DNA of 64,000 bases from Microcoleus sp. GTDB lineage: Bacteria; Cyanobacteriota; Cyanobacteriia; Cyanobacteriales; Microcoleaceae. Each line of letters begins with the position of its first letter. The first letter of the stretch is position 1. The stretch lies in the NCBI GenBank assembly GCA_042408215.1, contig JAYFMW010000030.1:96001-160000 (forward strand). Reading direction: 5' to 3'. Below are positions 20,545 to 30,875 of this stretch, piece by piece. Below the pieces are notes generated by a model. That model ran no database searches and was not told the origin of the DNA. It was given only the letters and a program-made list of their open reading frames with translations. The position numbers and the translations under genes were made by a program.

Positions 20545-22175
20545 TATCGATCGCCAAATGACAGATTTTTAAGTTTTTTCCGAATATTGTCAACCGCTAT
20601 TTTTTCAGCCGCGCTGTTCGCACCAGCAGCATTAACTGGCAATTTAACATCAGCCACAGTCACGGGTTCTTCTGAGTCGTTCGGATGTGGCAGCAATTGG
20701 TAAGCGAATTGAATCCGCTTGTCGAGCTCTTCATCTATATTGAGCAGTTTACCCGTCTGCTGCTCTACTGACAAAGCTTTCGCCCGCCTTTCAAGCTGCG
20801 GTCTGATGCTGCTGTCCCACAGTTGTTCAGACTCTTTAGCTCGCTTTATGTCGCCGGGCCGCACCGGAATCTTGAGAGGGTAGGGAAATAAAGCTTCCGT
20901 CCCCGTTGCGTAGGCCGGTGAAGTGATGACGCACTTGCCTTGAGGAAACCTCAGAATTTCGTCAGGACTAATCAGCGGTTTCTTTTGCAACTGTTCGCTC
21001 CAGTTGACAGAACGGCTCGTTTGCTGCCCCGTCGAGCTGCCGGTCGATCGATTTTTTACCAGCACTTCCACTTCTCCGTACCGCTTAGAATATTTCTCGG
21101 CTGTCTCAAAATCGCCGGGGTTGAAGAGGACATGAGTTGACAGAGCACTGGCGATCGCAGCCCCTTTTTTATCCCCATAGAGATTATAGAGTTGATTGAG
21201 TGATTGAATGCCAACAATCGGCACGCCGCCAGCAGAACGATATTCGTTAGCCCACTGATCCATTCTGTCGAACTTGAGAGACGGAAACTCGTCTAAGCAG
21301 TACAAAAATGGGTCAGAACGTACCCGACTCAAATTAGACACCACACATAAGTGAATAGCAGCAGCTAACAGCGGCCCCACTACAGTGCGCCACTTGTTAT
21401 CTAATTTGAAAATAATGCACTTTTTGCCTTCTAAAGCAATCGGAATGGTGCTGCGACCAATAAATGCCCGCAACAAATCTTTTTGAATGAAACTGGAGTA
21501 GGTAGCCTCTGCGGTAGCCTTGATGCCCGCCACTGTTTTTTCAGCATCTTTTGAACTTAATAACTGCGAAAAACTAGAGGCAATCCACCTGTCCATTTTG
21601 AGGGGATGACCGTCGGGTCGGTGAACGGCGTGGTCGATGCGCTTGACCAAATCAGGCAGTTGAATAATTGCGTACACAAAAGCTAAATCCGGGTAAGGAC
21701 TGCTTTTTGCCAACTGCACTAAACCCTTCGCCATCAACTCGCCTGCTTTCTCAAAAAACTCATTGCCTTTACTCTCCCCCGGACTAGCATTAGCAATAAC
21801 TTGTCCAATTTCTGCTGCCATTACTGCATCTTGTGCATCTCTCATAAAATCCAGAGGATTGATAGTGCCGCTGTAAGCTTCCCCTGGCGCAAACACTTGC
21901 ACATCGTAGCCATAGCGCACTGCAAGCGGTGCAAGCAGTTTCATCTGGTCTCCTTTTTTGTCGTAAATAATGACAGGAAACCCTTGCTGAAATGCACTTT
22001 CAACCATCCGGTCAATGACGCTGAATGTTTTGCCAGAACCCGGAGCGCCAATGACTAAAGTGCCGCGTTCTGCGTGGGGAAACCAAACTGTAGGAGATGC
22101 ACCTAATAGCGTTTGCAATCTAGCGCTCAATCCCTGACAACCTTTAAACCAATAAGTCGGCGTACCGATCCACAA
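20544..22175 (-). pseudogene. virD4: VirD4/TraG type IV coupling protein, N-terminally truncated
   Basis: Walker A GAPGSGKT, YDKKGD, INPLD, Walker B LDEFPSL, GIQSLNQL..YG; no N-terminal TM anchor or proper start. Confidence 0.8.
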
Positions 22176-22209
22176 AGTAAATAGTAATACAATTCTGGAG
22201 CGGGCTATT

Positions 22210-23886
22210 CTAGAACTGGCTTGGGGAAAAATTAGCCAACTTTTTTTGAACTGCCAATTTTAGAGTTTTACGTCTTTCAGTAATAAAGCCATCAAAATTA
22301 TCCTCCTTTAGGGCATCATAAGCGTCTTTTGAAATGAAGTGACTGCTTAATGTGTCCAGCAATTTGGATTCATCATTACCATGTTTTACTAAACACTCTT
22401 GGAAAAACTGTGAGGGCTGCTTATTTCCTTTTGTTTTATTAGTTGGTTCCCATATCAGTGTCCGATTCAATATTTGATTGACCTTTTCGCCGTGGGATTT
22501 CTTATATACAGATTTAGGGAAAATGTGGTCATCTTGACACTCATTTAATTTAGCAGACTGACCAGTTAAAAAGTCCTTTGCCCCCTCACAAACTACCAAA
22601 CCCATAATTCCTCGATATAGAGCAGTCCGGCGGTCATCGATCGTATCTAGATTTAAATCTTGAATACCAAACTGCTCCAGCCATTGGGGTGCATTAGTTG
22701 TTCGCTCGATCCAATACTCTAAATCTCGAATGTCTTGAAATGTTTTGGTTGGGAGTGAACTCTCATAGCGCCCACTAAGAACACACCCCCAGTACCAACG
22801 ATCCACCTTTTGATAGTCCTCTACTCCTGCTGATTTTGCCTTAAGTTTATACAACAAAACAGCTAGCGTTACCACCGATGTTGTATAAGGAATCCATTGT
22901 TCGGCAAAAGCACCGTATTCTTCTGTCATTCGTTTATGCGCTTGTACTATCCACTCAACCGCCTGATTCCAACGATTGTTGAAAACAGTTTCTTCAAGGT
23001 CGATAGCATTTAGTAAATCGGGTCGGGTGATCCCCTTTCCTTCTAAAAGAGCAATCACCCGAAGTAAGAAGACAGGCTCAACCACAGAAGTGACTACCTT
23101 GTGCTTCTTGCTAAATGTATCCCATAAAGATCGCAGTTTTATTTTGTTCAGGTAAAGCTGCGCTACAGCCAGATCGAAAAGTGAAAGACTGACTCCAGTT
23201 CTGTTAATGCGCTCGAAGATATTGACGATATCCTCCTTGCTAGTTTCTGCAGGAAGAGCAACAACCGGAACCATAAACCGATTAAGGCGTTCATAGATTT
23301 CTTGAATTTTGTTGAGCTTTTCACCCTTCCATGCTGATTGTTCTTGATATAGCCACTGATAAAAACGGCTAGCGTCTCGCAACAGAGAGAAACCGATAGC
23401 TTTGTGTTCACCGCAAAGTTCCTCAAAGTACATTTTACGCTTTCCATCCTGCATGGATATACCAACTACTGCTTCGTCTATGTTTCCGCTTAAAGCCCGA
23501 TCGAGGTCTAAATAAAATCGGTACGGGTTTTTTACTTTTTTTAGAGGTATATTTGGCTCATAAAAAGCATAGAATAATGAAGTTATTCGCTGTTGACCAT
23601 CCAAAACTAGCTGCACAGTCGTATGATCCTTGGAGCGCACATTAGAGTTAACTTTTTCAACACCTTCGACATTACGAAACGGGAACATAGGTGTTTTAGT
23701 GGGAGTATCCAACATAAGAAATGTACCTATAAAATACCCCTGAAGGAGCGAAGTTAGAAACTCTTCAACGTCATCTCGCTCCCATACGAATGAACGCTGA
23801 AATTCAGGTACAACTACTTTAGCGTTGTAAACATCACCGATCAGCGACAGAAGATTCTTTGGATTTGCATCAGGTGCTTTAGCCAC
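22210..23886 (-). CDS. DUF262 (GmrSD-like) protein with C-terminal HNH-like domain
   Basis: VPEFQRSFVW, LDGQQRITSL, IFERINRTG; C-terminal DDHIFP..N. Confidence 0.85.
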   Translation of the reverse strand: MAKAPDANPKNLLSLIGDVYNAKVVVPEFQRSFVWERDDVEEFLTSLLQGYFIGTFLMLDTPTKTPMFPFRNVEGVEKVNSNVRSKDHTTVQLVLDGQQRITSLFYAFYEPNIPLKKVKNPYRFYLDLDRALSGNIDEAVVGISMQDGKRKMYFEELCGEHKAIGFSLLRDASRFYQWLYQEQSAWKGEKLNKIQEIYERLNRFMVPVVALPAETSKEDIVNIFERINRTGVSLSLFDLAVAQLYLNKIKLRSLWDTFSKKHKVVTSVVEPVFLLRVIALLEGKGITRPDLLNAIDLEETVFNNRWNQAVEWIVQAHKRMTEEYGAFAEQWIPYTTSVVTLAVLLYKLKAKSAGVEDYQKVDRWYWGCVLSGRYESSLPTKTFQDIRDLEYWIERTTNAPQWLEQFGIQDLNLDTIDDRRTALYRGIMGLVVCEGAKDFLTGQSAKLNECQDDHIFPKSVYKKSHGEKVNQILNRTLIWEPTNKTKGNKQPSQFFQECLVKHGNDESKLLDTLSSHFISKDAYDALKEDNFDGFITERRKTLKLAVQKKLANFSPSQF

Positions 23887-23944
23887 AGACTACTCCCCTT
23901 TGATAATTAATGATAAAATTATAGTATGTGTAGCGATCGTCGAT

Positions 23945-25105
23945 CTAGCAGCGATCGCTATCTGCACAGGTAGCAGTACCGATCGCTTCGCAGTCACCAC
24001 TACCTGCACTTTCCAAATTGGCGCTCGCCTTGCCTAGAGCCGTATCAACAGTATCGGCAGTTTCTGACGGTTCCATCACCACTACTTTAAACACTTCCCC
24101 AAAAGGATGCCGGCCCGTCGGTTCCCAACCGGCCAAACAGCCAGAACCGCCTCGCACTTCCTGATATTTGCCACTAATCCACTGCTTCCCTTCTAGCGGC
24201 CCTGTGGCGCGACGACCGACATTTTCCATGTCGTCAAGTTCGATATAAGCGCAATCTTTCTCGCAGGCTACCGCAAATCCTTCTACATCTGAACCGGAAA
24301 TTGTATTAGACCGTTTGCTTTCGTACCGACTGTAGATCGTGTCAATTCGCATGATTGTGCTGCCAATGGACGCAATAGGAACCGGAAAATTAGAAAGCGG
24401 GACTTGACTCAGCAGCGGAATATTGCTGATGAGTTCCTCTGACCAGCCAGAGAACTGTTCTAAATTTACGCTATTAAGATTGGGAATTTGGGCGATCGCA
24501 AACTCAGATAGATCAATTTGGTTAAGTTTTGCCTGTGCTAGTTGCGGTACTTGTTTTACAGCTTGAGCAATTGGCAATTGGCTGATGTTAGAGTTCACTC
24601 CGGCTATTTGAGAAGATAAAGAAGCAATTGGAGGAACATCGCTCAATTGAAATTGGCTAAGATTCGGAACAATTTCAGCCAAGTGACCGACAGTTTGCTT
24701 ACCAGCTAAGGGAAATGCTGACAAGCTGATATTCTCTAAATTGATATCCCCTAGTGCCAATTGTTCAATTGCTTGCAAAGAAAGAATTTCAGGTTTTACA
24801 TCGTTAATGTCCCCCAGCTTCAAGATGTTGTCAACAGAAGTGCCAGCTTGCCAGCTTCGACCGCCAGAACTTCCAGAACTAGCAACGGCTGGCAGGGAAC
24901 TAAAGGTAATCTGGCTCCAATCTGGCAGCAAAACTCTAGATTGTTCTTTTTCCCAAATTTTAGTAGGTAAGGGACTGGCGCTAGCAATTAATGGAAAGCT
25001 TAAGAAAGTAATGCAGATGAAAGCAAAAATTAGGCAGAGTGTACTGGCCGCTATTAAAGCCGAGCCTACCTGGCTTAATTTTTTTAACTGCTTTGAAATG
25101 TTCAT
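23945..25105 (-). CDS. Secreted/membrane hypothetical protein of plasmid transfer region, C-terminus apparently truncated
   Basis: Signal/TM segment, repeated L..IP.L.. motifs; C-terminus runs into a CGATCG-rich junction. Confidence 0.55.
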   Translation of the reverse strand: MNISKQLKKLSQVGSALIAASTLCLIFAFICITFLSFPLIASASPLPTKIWEKEQSRVLLPDWSQITFSSLPAVASSGSSGGRSWQAGTSVDNILKLGDINDVKPEILSLQAIEQLALGDINLENISLSAFPLAGKQTVGHLAEIVPNLSQFQLSDVPPIASLSSQIAGVNSNISQLPIAQAVKQVPQLAQAKLNQIDLSEFAIAQIPNLNSVNLEQFSGWSEELISNIPLLSQVPLSNFPVPIASIGSTIMRIDTIYSRYESKRSNTISGSDVEGFAVACEKDCAYIELDDMENVGRRATGPLEGKQWISGKYQEVRGGSGCLAGWEPTGRHPFGEVFKVVVMEPSETADTVDTALGKASANLESAGSGDCEAIGTATCADSDRC

Positions 25106-25389
25106 TATAATTCTATTTTTGTTAACTACTATTCGCTAGAAAAAGCTGCTATACTTCGGATTTAAAAAACATTTTTACTGTCTTTAAAAGATTACCAAAA
25201 ATAGAGCATCATTGCAGAAATAACCAATCAGCTAAACCTCCCTATCCCTCTCTCCCTTTCCTGCTCTCCCCTCTCCATTTTAGGACTTACCCAAAAACCC
25301 GGTTTTTGAGGGTAAGTTAGTCATTTTAGGTTGAGAATGATAACAACAAACCGGGTTTTTTAGGTTGATGCGTCCAGGACTACATTTCT

Positions 25390-25611
25390 TTAATCAAGCT
25401 CCAGCTCCAACTGTGGATTCGGGCGGACTGCTGAATCTGTCCAAGGAGTATCTGCTAAGTTTGACAAGTCATAGACATTTTCTTGGTAAGCGTCGTCAAA
25501 ATTACCTTGACGAACTTCTGTGGATGATGAGTAACCAACTGTCAAATCAGGTTCGGACTCGTAACCCGATTTGCTATAGCCAGAATTAGGTTCAGTCCAT
25601 GAATTGTGCAT
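25390..25611 (-). CDS. Small acidic hypothetical protein
   Basis: 73-aa ATG ORF just beside an IS end. Confidence 0.3.
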   Translation of the reverse strand: MHNSWTEPNSGYSKSGYESEPDLTVGYSSSTEVRQGNFDDAYQENVYDLSNLADTPWTDSAVRPNPQLELELD

Positions 25612-25635
25612 GGTTTTTGTTATTTTATGTGGTAA

Positions 25636-27258
25636 TTGGAGTTTAGACTAAGCAAAAATTCACTCAGCAGAAGTTGAGTGTAAATTTTGTGAGTTTAGAC
25701 AGAGGTAGAGAGGTTAACTAATCGATTTTGACGAGTGTTGAAACCGACCTTTACCCTTTTTGACCACAGGATACCGACATCTTGGAGTGCGAGGTTTTCC
25801 TGTTTGCCATCCGTCTGAATTTCCTCGCCGTTTCGGAGCAACAGCCGGACTTCCAATCCTGATTAAAAGTGGAAGCATTGATTGTACAACCCTGACCGGG
25901 GTCAATTCAGAGAGAGACTTTTGCCAGGGTAGACGAGTTTCTTTGACTAAATCTTTAGCTAACCATAATTGCCAGGTCACTAATGGCATCAAATCACTCC
26001 ATCGTTCGCACTGTTCTGGTGTGCTTAGCTTCGGCACAGTCCAATGTAAGGTTTGTTTAGCTAACCGATACCAATGTTCGAGGGCAAAGCGACGTAGATA
26101 TAGTTGCCAAATTTCATTAAGAGATGGCATTTGGATACCAACCCATACTAACCACAAAGGTTGACTATTTAACCGACCCGTTACAGTTTCTAAACGTTCG
26201 ACTAAAATCAAGGTCATTGGATGTTTGGGACGGCCTCGAAAATGCAAGTCATCCCATTTTCTTAACCGAATTTTTCCGAGTTTGGGTTCAACAGATTCCA
26301 GAGTTTGTTCGGGTTCCCACCAGCTTTGAGAGTCGTTCAGCCTAAACTGTTGACCGTGAATTTTGGGCCGTCCTCTACCACTATAGGCTGGGGGTGTTGA
26401 CCATAAGCAACGATTAGAACGAATACGCATTAGTTTATCAGCAGCGATCGCAGCGGTGGCTTTAACCAAAGGGGCGCACCCATACTCACTATCAAATAAG
26501 GCGATCGGTCTATGCTGAAGATATTCACATACTTGTGCTAATTGTTGAGCGCCTTTACCGATTGGGTTATCCCAACTGGTAATACGTTCGTGTCTCAAGG
26601 GCAGCGCCCAACTCCCGCTCATCGAAGGTATCAGTGCGATCGTACTATATCCCTGACCGATGCCGACAGGTATACCGTCGGGTAAGGCTGTGGGTTGATG
26701 TTCATAAGTACGTTCTTTGAGGGTACGTGCATGGGGTCTCAACCATGCCGTATGATCGATCGCTAATACTGGACGTTCTACTTCTGAAATCTGTTGGATG
26801 TATAGTTGCATCAATTGGTCTCGGTCTGGTCTACAGTCTTGTAGTGCTTCGTAGACGCTTGACCACTCACGCCGAAATAAGGGATTGAGGGCTAAATCTC
26901 CTAAACATGAGACGTGGCGAGTCGTCATTATCGCGTCTGCTAGTTCAAAGGTGGCGTCTTTGGCATTGCCGAGACATTCATAAGCTTGTTGACGAAATTC
27001 CCGTAATTGTTCAAACTTCATGGCAGGTAGATGTGAGATTTTTAGCTGAATTTTCAATCTTCTACCCTTACGCTGTCTGTTGAAACTATCGCAGACAGTT
27101 TTTTTTCTGTTGCAAGTCTCCGAGAACGTCAACGGTCGCTGGCATCTATCTTATGGTTGAGCCTGATAGTTTGTCGCCAGCGACCATTGCCGTTCTTGAG
27201 AACTGTTGGCTAGTCTCACAGCGATCACACTTTTTGACCTGCTTAGTCTAAACTCCAA
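25636..27258 (-). mobile_element. DDE insertion sequence (IS4/IS701-like), intact
   Basis: TIRs TTGGAGTTTAGACTAAGC / GCTTAGTCTAAACTCCAA; 7-bp duplication GTGGTAA at 25629-25635 and 27259-27265. Confidence 0.9.
25714..27021 (-). CDS. DDE transposase
   Basis: AIDHTAW, FDSEYG, YLRRFALEHWYRLAKQ motifs; uninterrupted frame. Confidence 0.9.
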   Translation of the reverse strand: MKFEQLREFRQQAYECLGNAKDATFELADAIMTTRHVSCLGDLALNPLFRREWSSVYEALQDCRPDRDQLMQLYIQQISEVERPVLAIDHTAWLRPHARTLKERTYEHQPTALPDGIPVGIGQGYSTIALIPSMSGSWALPLRHERITSWDNPIGKGAQQLAQVCEYLQHRPIALFDSEYGCAPLVKATAAIAADKLMRIRSNRCLWSTPPAYSGRGRPKIHGQQFRLNDSQSWWEPEQTLESVEPKLGKIRLRKWDDLHFRGRPKHPMTLILVERLETVTGRLNSQPLWLVWVGIQMPSLNEIWQLYLRRFALEHWYRLAKQTLHWTVPKLSTPEQCERWSDLMPLVTWQLWLAKDLVKETRLPWQKSLSELTPVRVVQSMLPLLIRIGSPAVAPKRRGNSDGWQTGKPRTPRCRYPVVKKGKGRFQHSSKSIS

Positions 27259-27447
27259 GTGGTAAACAATTCCAATTTAAATCGCATCTAGTTCCTGCAA
27301 CTTCATTCCTGTGAGCGATTTTGTTCAGTAAAAATTACCCCCTCCACATGGAGGGGGCCGCTCTATGAAAGTTACCTAACGGCTCTCAGCACTGGGCAAT
27401 TCTACGAAGTTGGTAAAAATGTCTTTTAAGAAAAACGATCGTGGCCA

Positions 27448-27702
27448 TTACTGCGGTTTCCTCCGCCGACGCTGCCGCGCTTTTGCCTTGATTGCTGGCA
27501 TATCCAAGGGAGTTGCTTCACCGCTGTCTAGCCCTAGCTGAATTTCCTGCCGCAATTCCTGCAAGCGAGTTTGCTGGAATTGTTCCCGTTCTTTCAACAG
27601 GCGCAACCCTTCACGGATTACCTCGCTAGCAGAATAATACAGTCCGCTTGAGACTTTCTCCTGGACATACTGCTCTAACTCTGGTGTCAAAGACACGTTC
27701 AT
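27448..27702 (-). CDS. parD: ParD-family antitoxin (orphan)
   Basis: MNVSLTPELEQYVQEKVSSGLYYSASEVIREGLRLL; downstream frame stops after MATIVFS. Confidence 0.85.
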   Translation of the reverse strand: MNVSLTPELEQYVQEKVSSGLYYSASEVIREGLRLLKEREQFQQTRLQELRQEIQLGLDSGEATPLDMPAIKAKARQRRRRKPQ

Positions 27703-28038
27703 GCCTGAGTCCTCCTGTAATTTGGGCTATTCCATTTTCGCCTTAATAACAGGGAATAGCAATCGTTGTTATTATTGTACTAAAAAACTCGCTCTTGTAT
27801 ACAAGCGAGTTGAGCAATTGCTAAAGTAAATCTCGCGATCGATCGAAATGAACCAATCATGCCCCAAGTGGATTTCCAACTAAGCCGATAAAAATCAAAA
27901 CAGTCAATTACAAGCCTGTAAAAATGTCTTTTAAGAGGGAGTAGGAACTAAAAGCTAAAGAATCCCCATGCTTAAGAAAGGGGATATGACGCAGGTTGGG
28001 ATGCGTTCAAAGCTACCAAATTCGTTCCGCATTTTTTA

Positions 28039-28710
28039 TTAATTGTTTATTAAGTCCAAGCAAATCACTTGGTTTGGTGCAAGAAAACCTCCGACTTTTA
28101 TTACTTGCAGCTCTCCGGTTTCGTCGGGATATTGTGCTTTAACTTGGGCAATTGCTGCATCTAAACTAGATGCCTGAGCAATATACACCTTCTCAAGAAC
28201 ACTTAGTACCCAAATAGGTTTGGGCCACTTATGTCGAGGTTGAAGAATTAAATAGTGAATCACTTGACCAGTATACTGAACAATTTGCTGGATCGCAGTT
28301 TCCGAACAAAACTCCCCGAATTCTGACTCAATACATTGTTTGAGTTCTTTCGCAGGAATGTGCTCAACAACTGATTCTAAGAGCATTAATGCTGGTCTTG
28401 TCTGCTCTAATTGAGTGTGTTCCTGCACGACTAATGACTCTACGAAATGACTCACCTGGTTGATGATTGAGTCAAAATCTAGCTCCATCAATAAATGACC
28501 TAAATACTCCCTCAACAAATTTCTTAGCTTTTCATCAGAGATATTGATACCGCAGGTTTTCAGATAAACTGAAGGTTTATTACCCAAATTCCGACCGCAG
28601 CCAACTTCTCCATTAGCTGCATCTTCTGCTTCTATCAGTTCCATCAAGCGCGGATAACTGGTTGTATCATCTATTGTCGATTGGGGCTGGGAGGGAATTG
28701 AGTTACTCAT
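28039..28710 (-). CDS. Hypothetical protein coupled to GNAT gene
   Basis: 223-aa ORF overlapping the GNAT stop (ATGA). Confidence 0.6.
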   Translation of the reverse strand: MSNSIPSQPQSTIDDTTSYPRLMELIEAEDAANGEVGCGRNLGNKPSVYLKTCGINISDEKLRNLLREYLGHLLMELDFDSIINQVSHFVESLVVQEHTQLEQTRPALMLLESVVEHIPAKELKQCIESEFGEFCSETAIQQIVQYTGQVIHYLILQPRHKWPKPIWVLSVLEKVYIAQASSLDAAIAQVKAQYPDETGELQVIKVGGFLAPNQVICLDLINN

Positions 28711-29270
28711 TTATCTTTCCTTAATGTTTCAAAGTAATTAAGATTGTCTGGTTCTTCAGGATCTGGACCGCAGTCTAGCAGTCCCACTTTCAACTTTCTA
28801 TAAAATACTAGCGCACCAGGCAATGCGTGGAAGCCTATCCTTTCTTGGTATCCTAGTTCCTCACTACGAGCGAGCGCAAAATCTATTAGAGTTCCCCCTA
28901 CTCCTTTATAAGTGGGAGGAATACTAATAGCTGGTCGATTCCAGGGAGCAGTTGCTAGGGCTCTGACGTACACCAATCTTCGTCTCAATTGAGACTCAAT
29001 ATAGCAGCGTTTTTTTTAAATATCGATAGTCATTAAACCCTGAGTTATGCCATCACACTCAATGGCATATAGTTCATCTCCTGGTAAAAACTGAGTTCTA
29101 TAGCTTTTACTAACCCAATTCCAGTATTCATCTTCTTCTCCACTCCCTCGTCGAAGCGTTGGTTGCCACAGGGTTGTCGCATCTTCTAAATGCTTCTCAG
29201 TAACGGATGTTAGGATAGCATTAACTACCTGTCGATCTCGAACTCGAAGAAGCTGGATAGGGCGATTCAA
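28707..29270 (-). pseudogene. GNAT acetyltransferase with in-frame stop
   Basis: Two in-frame ORFs split by TAA 29016-29018; LATAPWNR..YKGVGGTL..GFHALPGALVFYRK. Confidence 0.75.
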
Positions 29271-29483
29271 TTGCCAAACCTAATTATTGTGACAACTACA
29301 TTATCTATCATAATTCTTAAATTTAAATTCAAGCACTATTTTCCCATCCACCTCCCTTTAATTATTTTTTAAAAATCAATTTGTTCGGAATTAAAGTCGC
29401 ACTTAACAGTGCTGCAATAGTAATATTTCGTGCATTATTGACACCTCGATATTCTTTCACTATTTTTATAAACGGAAGTAATC

Positions 29484-29902
29484 ATGAAACCTAATCCGCT
29501 AAACAAGCAGAAAATATCAACCGCTATCCCAACTTTTTTGACCGCTGACAAACTTAAAACAGCTCAGTTGCAAGCTACACTTAAAACTCCCTACCAACCG
29601 ATCGATACTGCTTTCAATCTTGAAACAGCCCTTCAACCATTCCAACAAGCAAAAATCATCGGTATAGACTGCGAAACAACAGGGCTTGACCCCTACCAAG
29701 CCAAAATTAGATTGTTACAACTTGCCATTCCTGACCATCCAGTAATCATTGTAGATTTATGGGCAATTGAACCGAGTTCCCTCGAACCATTACGCTTGCT
29801 TCTAGCCAGTCCTGCACTCAAGGTAAGTCACAACCTCAAATTTGAATGGCAAATGCTCACTTTTGCCGGACTGGAACCATCCAAACCCTTTTTCGATACC
29901 TA
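29484..29902 (+). pseudogene. 3'-5' exonuclease domain of PolA-like protein, truncated by IS630
   Basis: GIDCETTGLDP, IRLLQLA, HNLKFE, FFDT then IS end. Confidence 0.82.
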
Positions 29903-30875
29903 TAGCAACCGCCTTGGCGGTTATGGTGTAAAGTGGAAGTAGTCTCTTATCCATTATGCTGTTTACCCGAGGGCACGACTCATGCGAAAACCGTACAGTT
30001 ATGACCTACGTCAGAAAGTCATTCAAGCTATCAAACTAGATGGCTTAAAGATTAGTGAAGCGAGTATACTATTCAGTATCAGTTGCAACACAATCAGCTT
30101 ATGGTTGAAGCGACAAACGGAAACAGGAGACTTTTTAGCATTACCGAATCAGCCTCGCGGTAACGGTCATAAAATTACTGATTGGGAGAAGTTTCGTGAG
30201 TTTGTCAAGACTCATGGGGATAAAACTCAAGTTGAAATGGCCTCACTTTGGGATGGAGAAATTAGCGATCGCACAATCTCGCGGGCTTTGAAAAAAATTG
30301 GTTTTACTCGAAAAAAAAGACCTAGGGCTACCGGGCGCGGGCTGAAGTCAAAAGGCAGGCTTTTGTAACCGAATTGTCCACCATTCCCTCGGCTCAGATT
30401 GTCTATGTTGATGAATCTGGCATGGATAATAGAGACCAGTATGATTATGGTTGGAACCCCGTCATGCCAACGGTTTCATGCACTCAAATCAGGGCGACGT
30501 GAGGATAGGGTAAATATGATTGCTGCTCTATGTAACCAAAAAATCCTCGCCCCTTTTACCGTTGTTGGAGCGTGTAATCGAACAGTTTTTGAAATTTGGC
30601 TAGAAACTTGTTTACTGCCAACACTTGTGACAGGACAGGTGGTAGTGATGGATAATGCCACGTTTCATAAAGGTGGCAGAATTGAGGAATTAATTCAAAG
30701 TGTAGGGTGTAAATTGTTGTATTTACCGCCGTACTCCCCAGATTTGAACAGAATTGAAAAATGCTGGTCGTGGCTCAAAAGTCGCATCCGCAAACAATTA
30801 GATCGGTTTGATTGTTTACGTGATGCGATCGAAGATCTTCTAGAGCTTGCATCCTAACCGCCAAGGCGGTTGCTA
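29903..30875 (+). mobile_element. IS630-family element
   Basis: TIRs TAGCAACCGCCTTGGCGGTTA / TAACCGCCAAGGCGGTTGCTA flanked by TA on both sides. Confidence 0.9.
29982..30857 (+). pseudogene. IS630 transposase, inactivated
   Basis: YSYDLRQKV HTH, A8 slippery run at 30311, YVDESG, MDNATFH, YSPDLNRIE; extra stop and frameshift in the second frame. Confidence 0.85.

Noticed and set aside
10146..23886. DISARM system (DUF1998 helicase + methylase)
   Set aside because: No separate drmA/drmB, PLD drmC or SNF2 drmD; the helicase is a single MrfA-type fusion.
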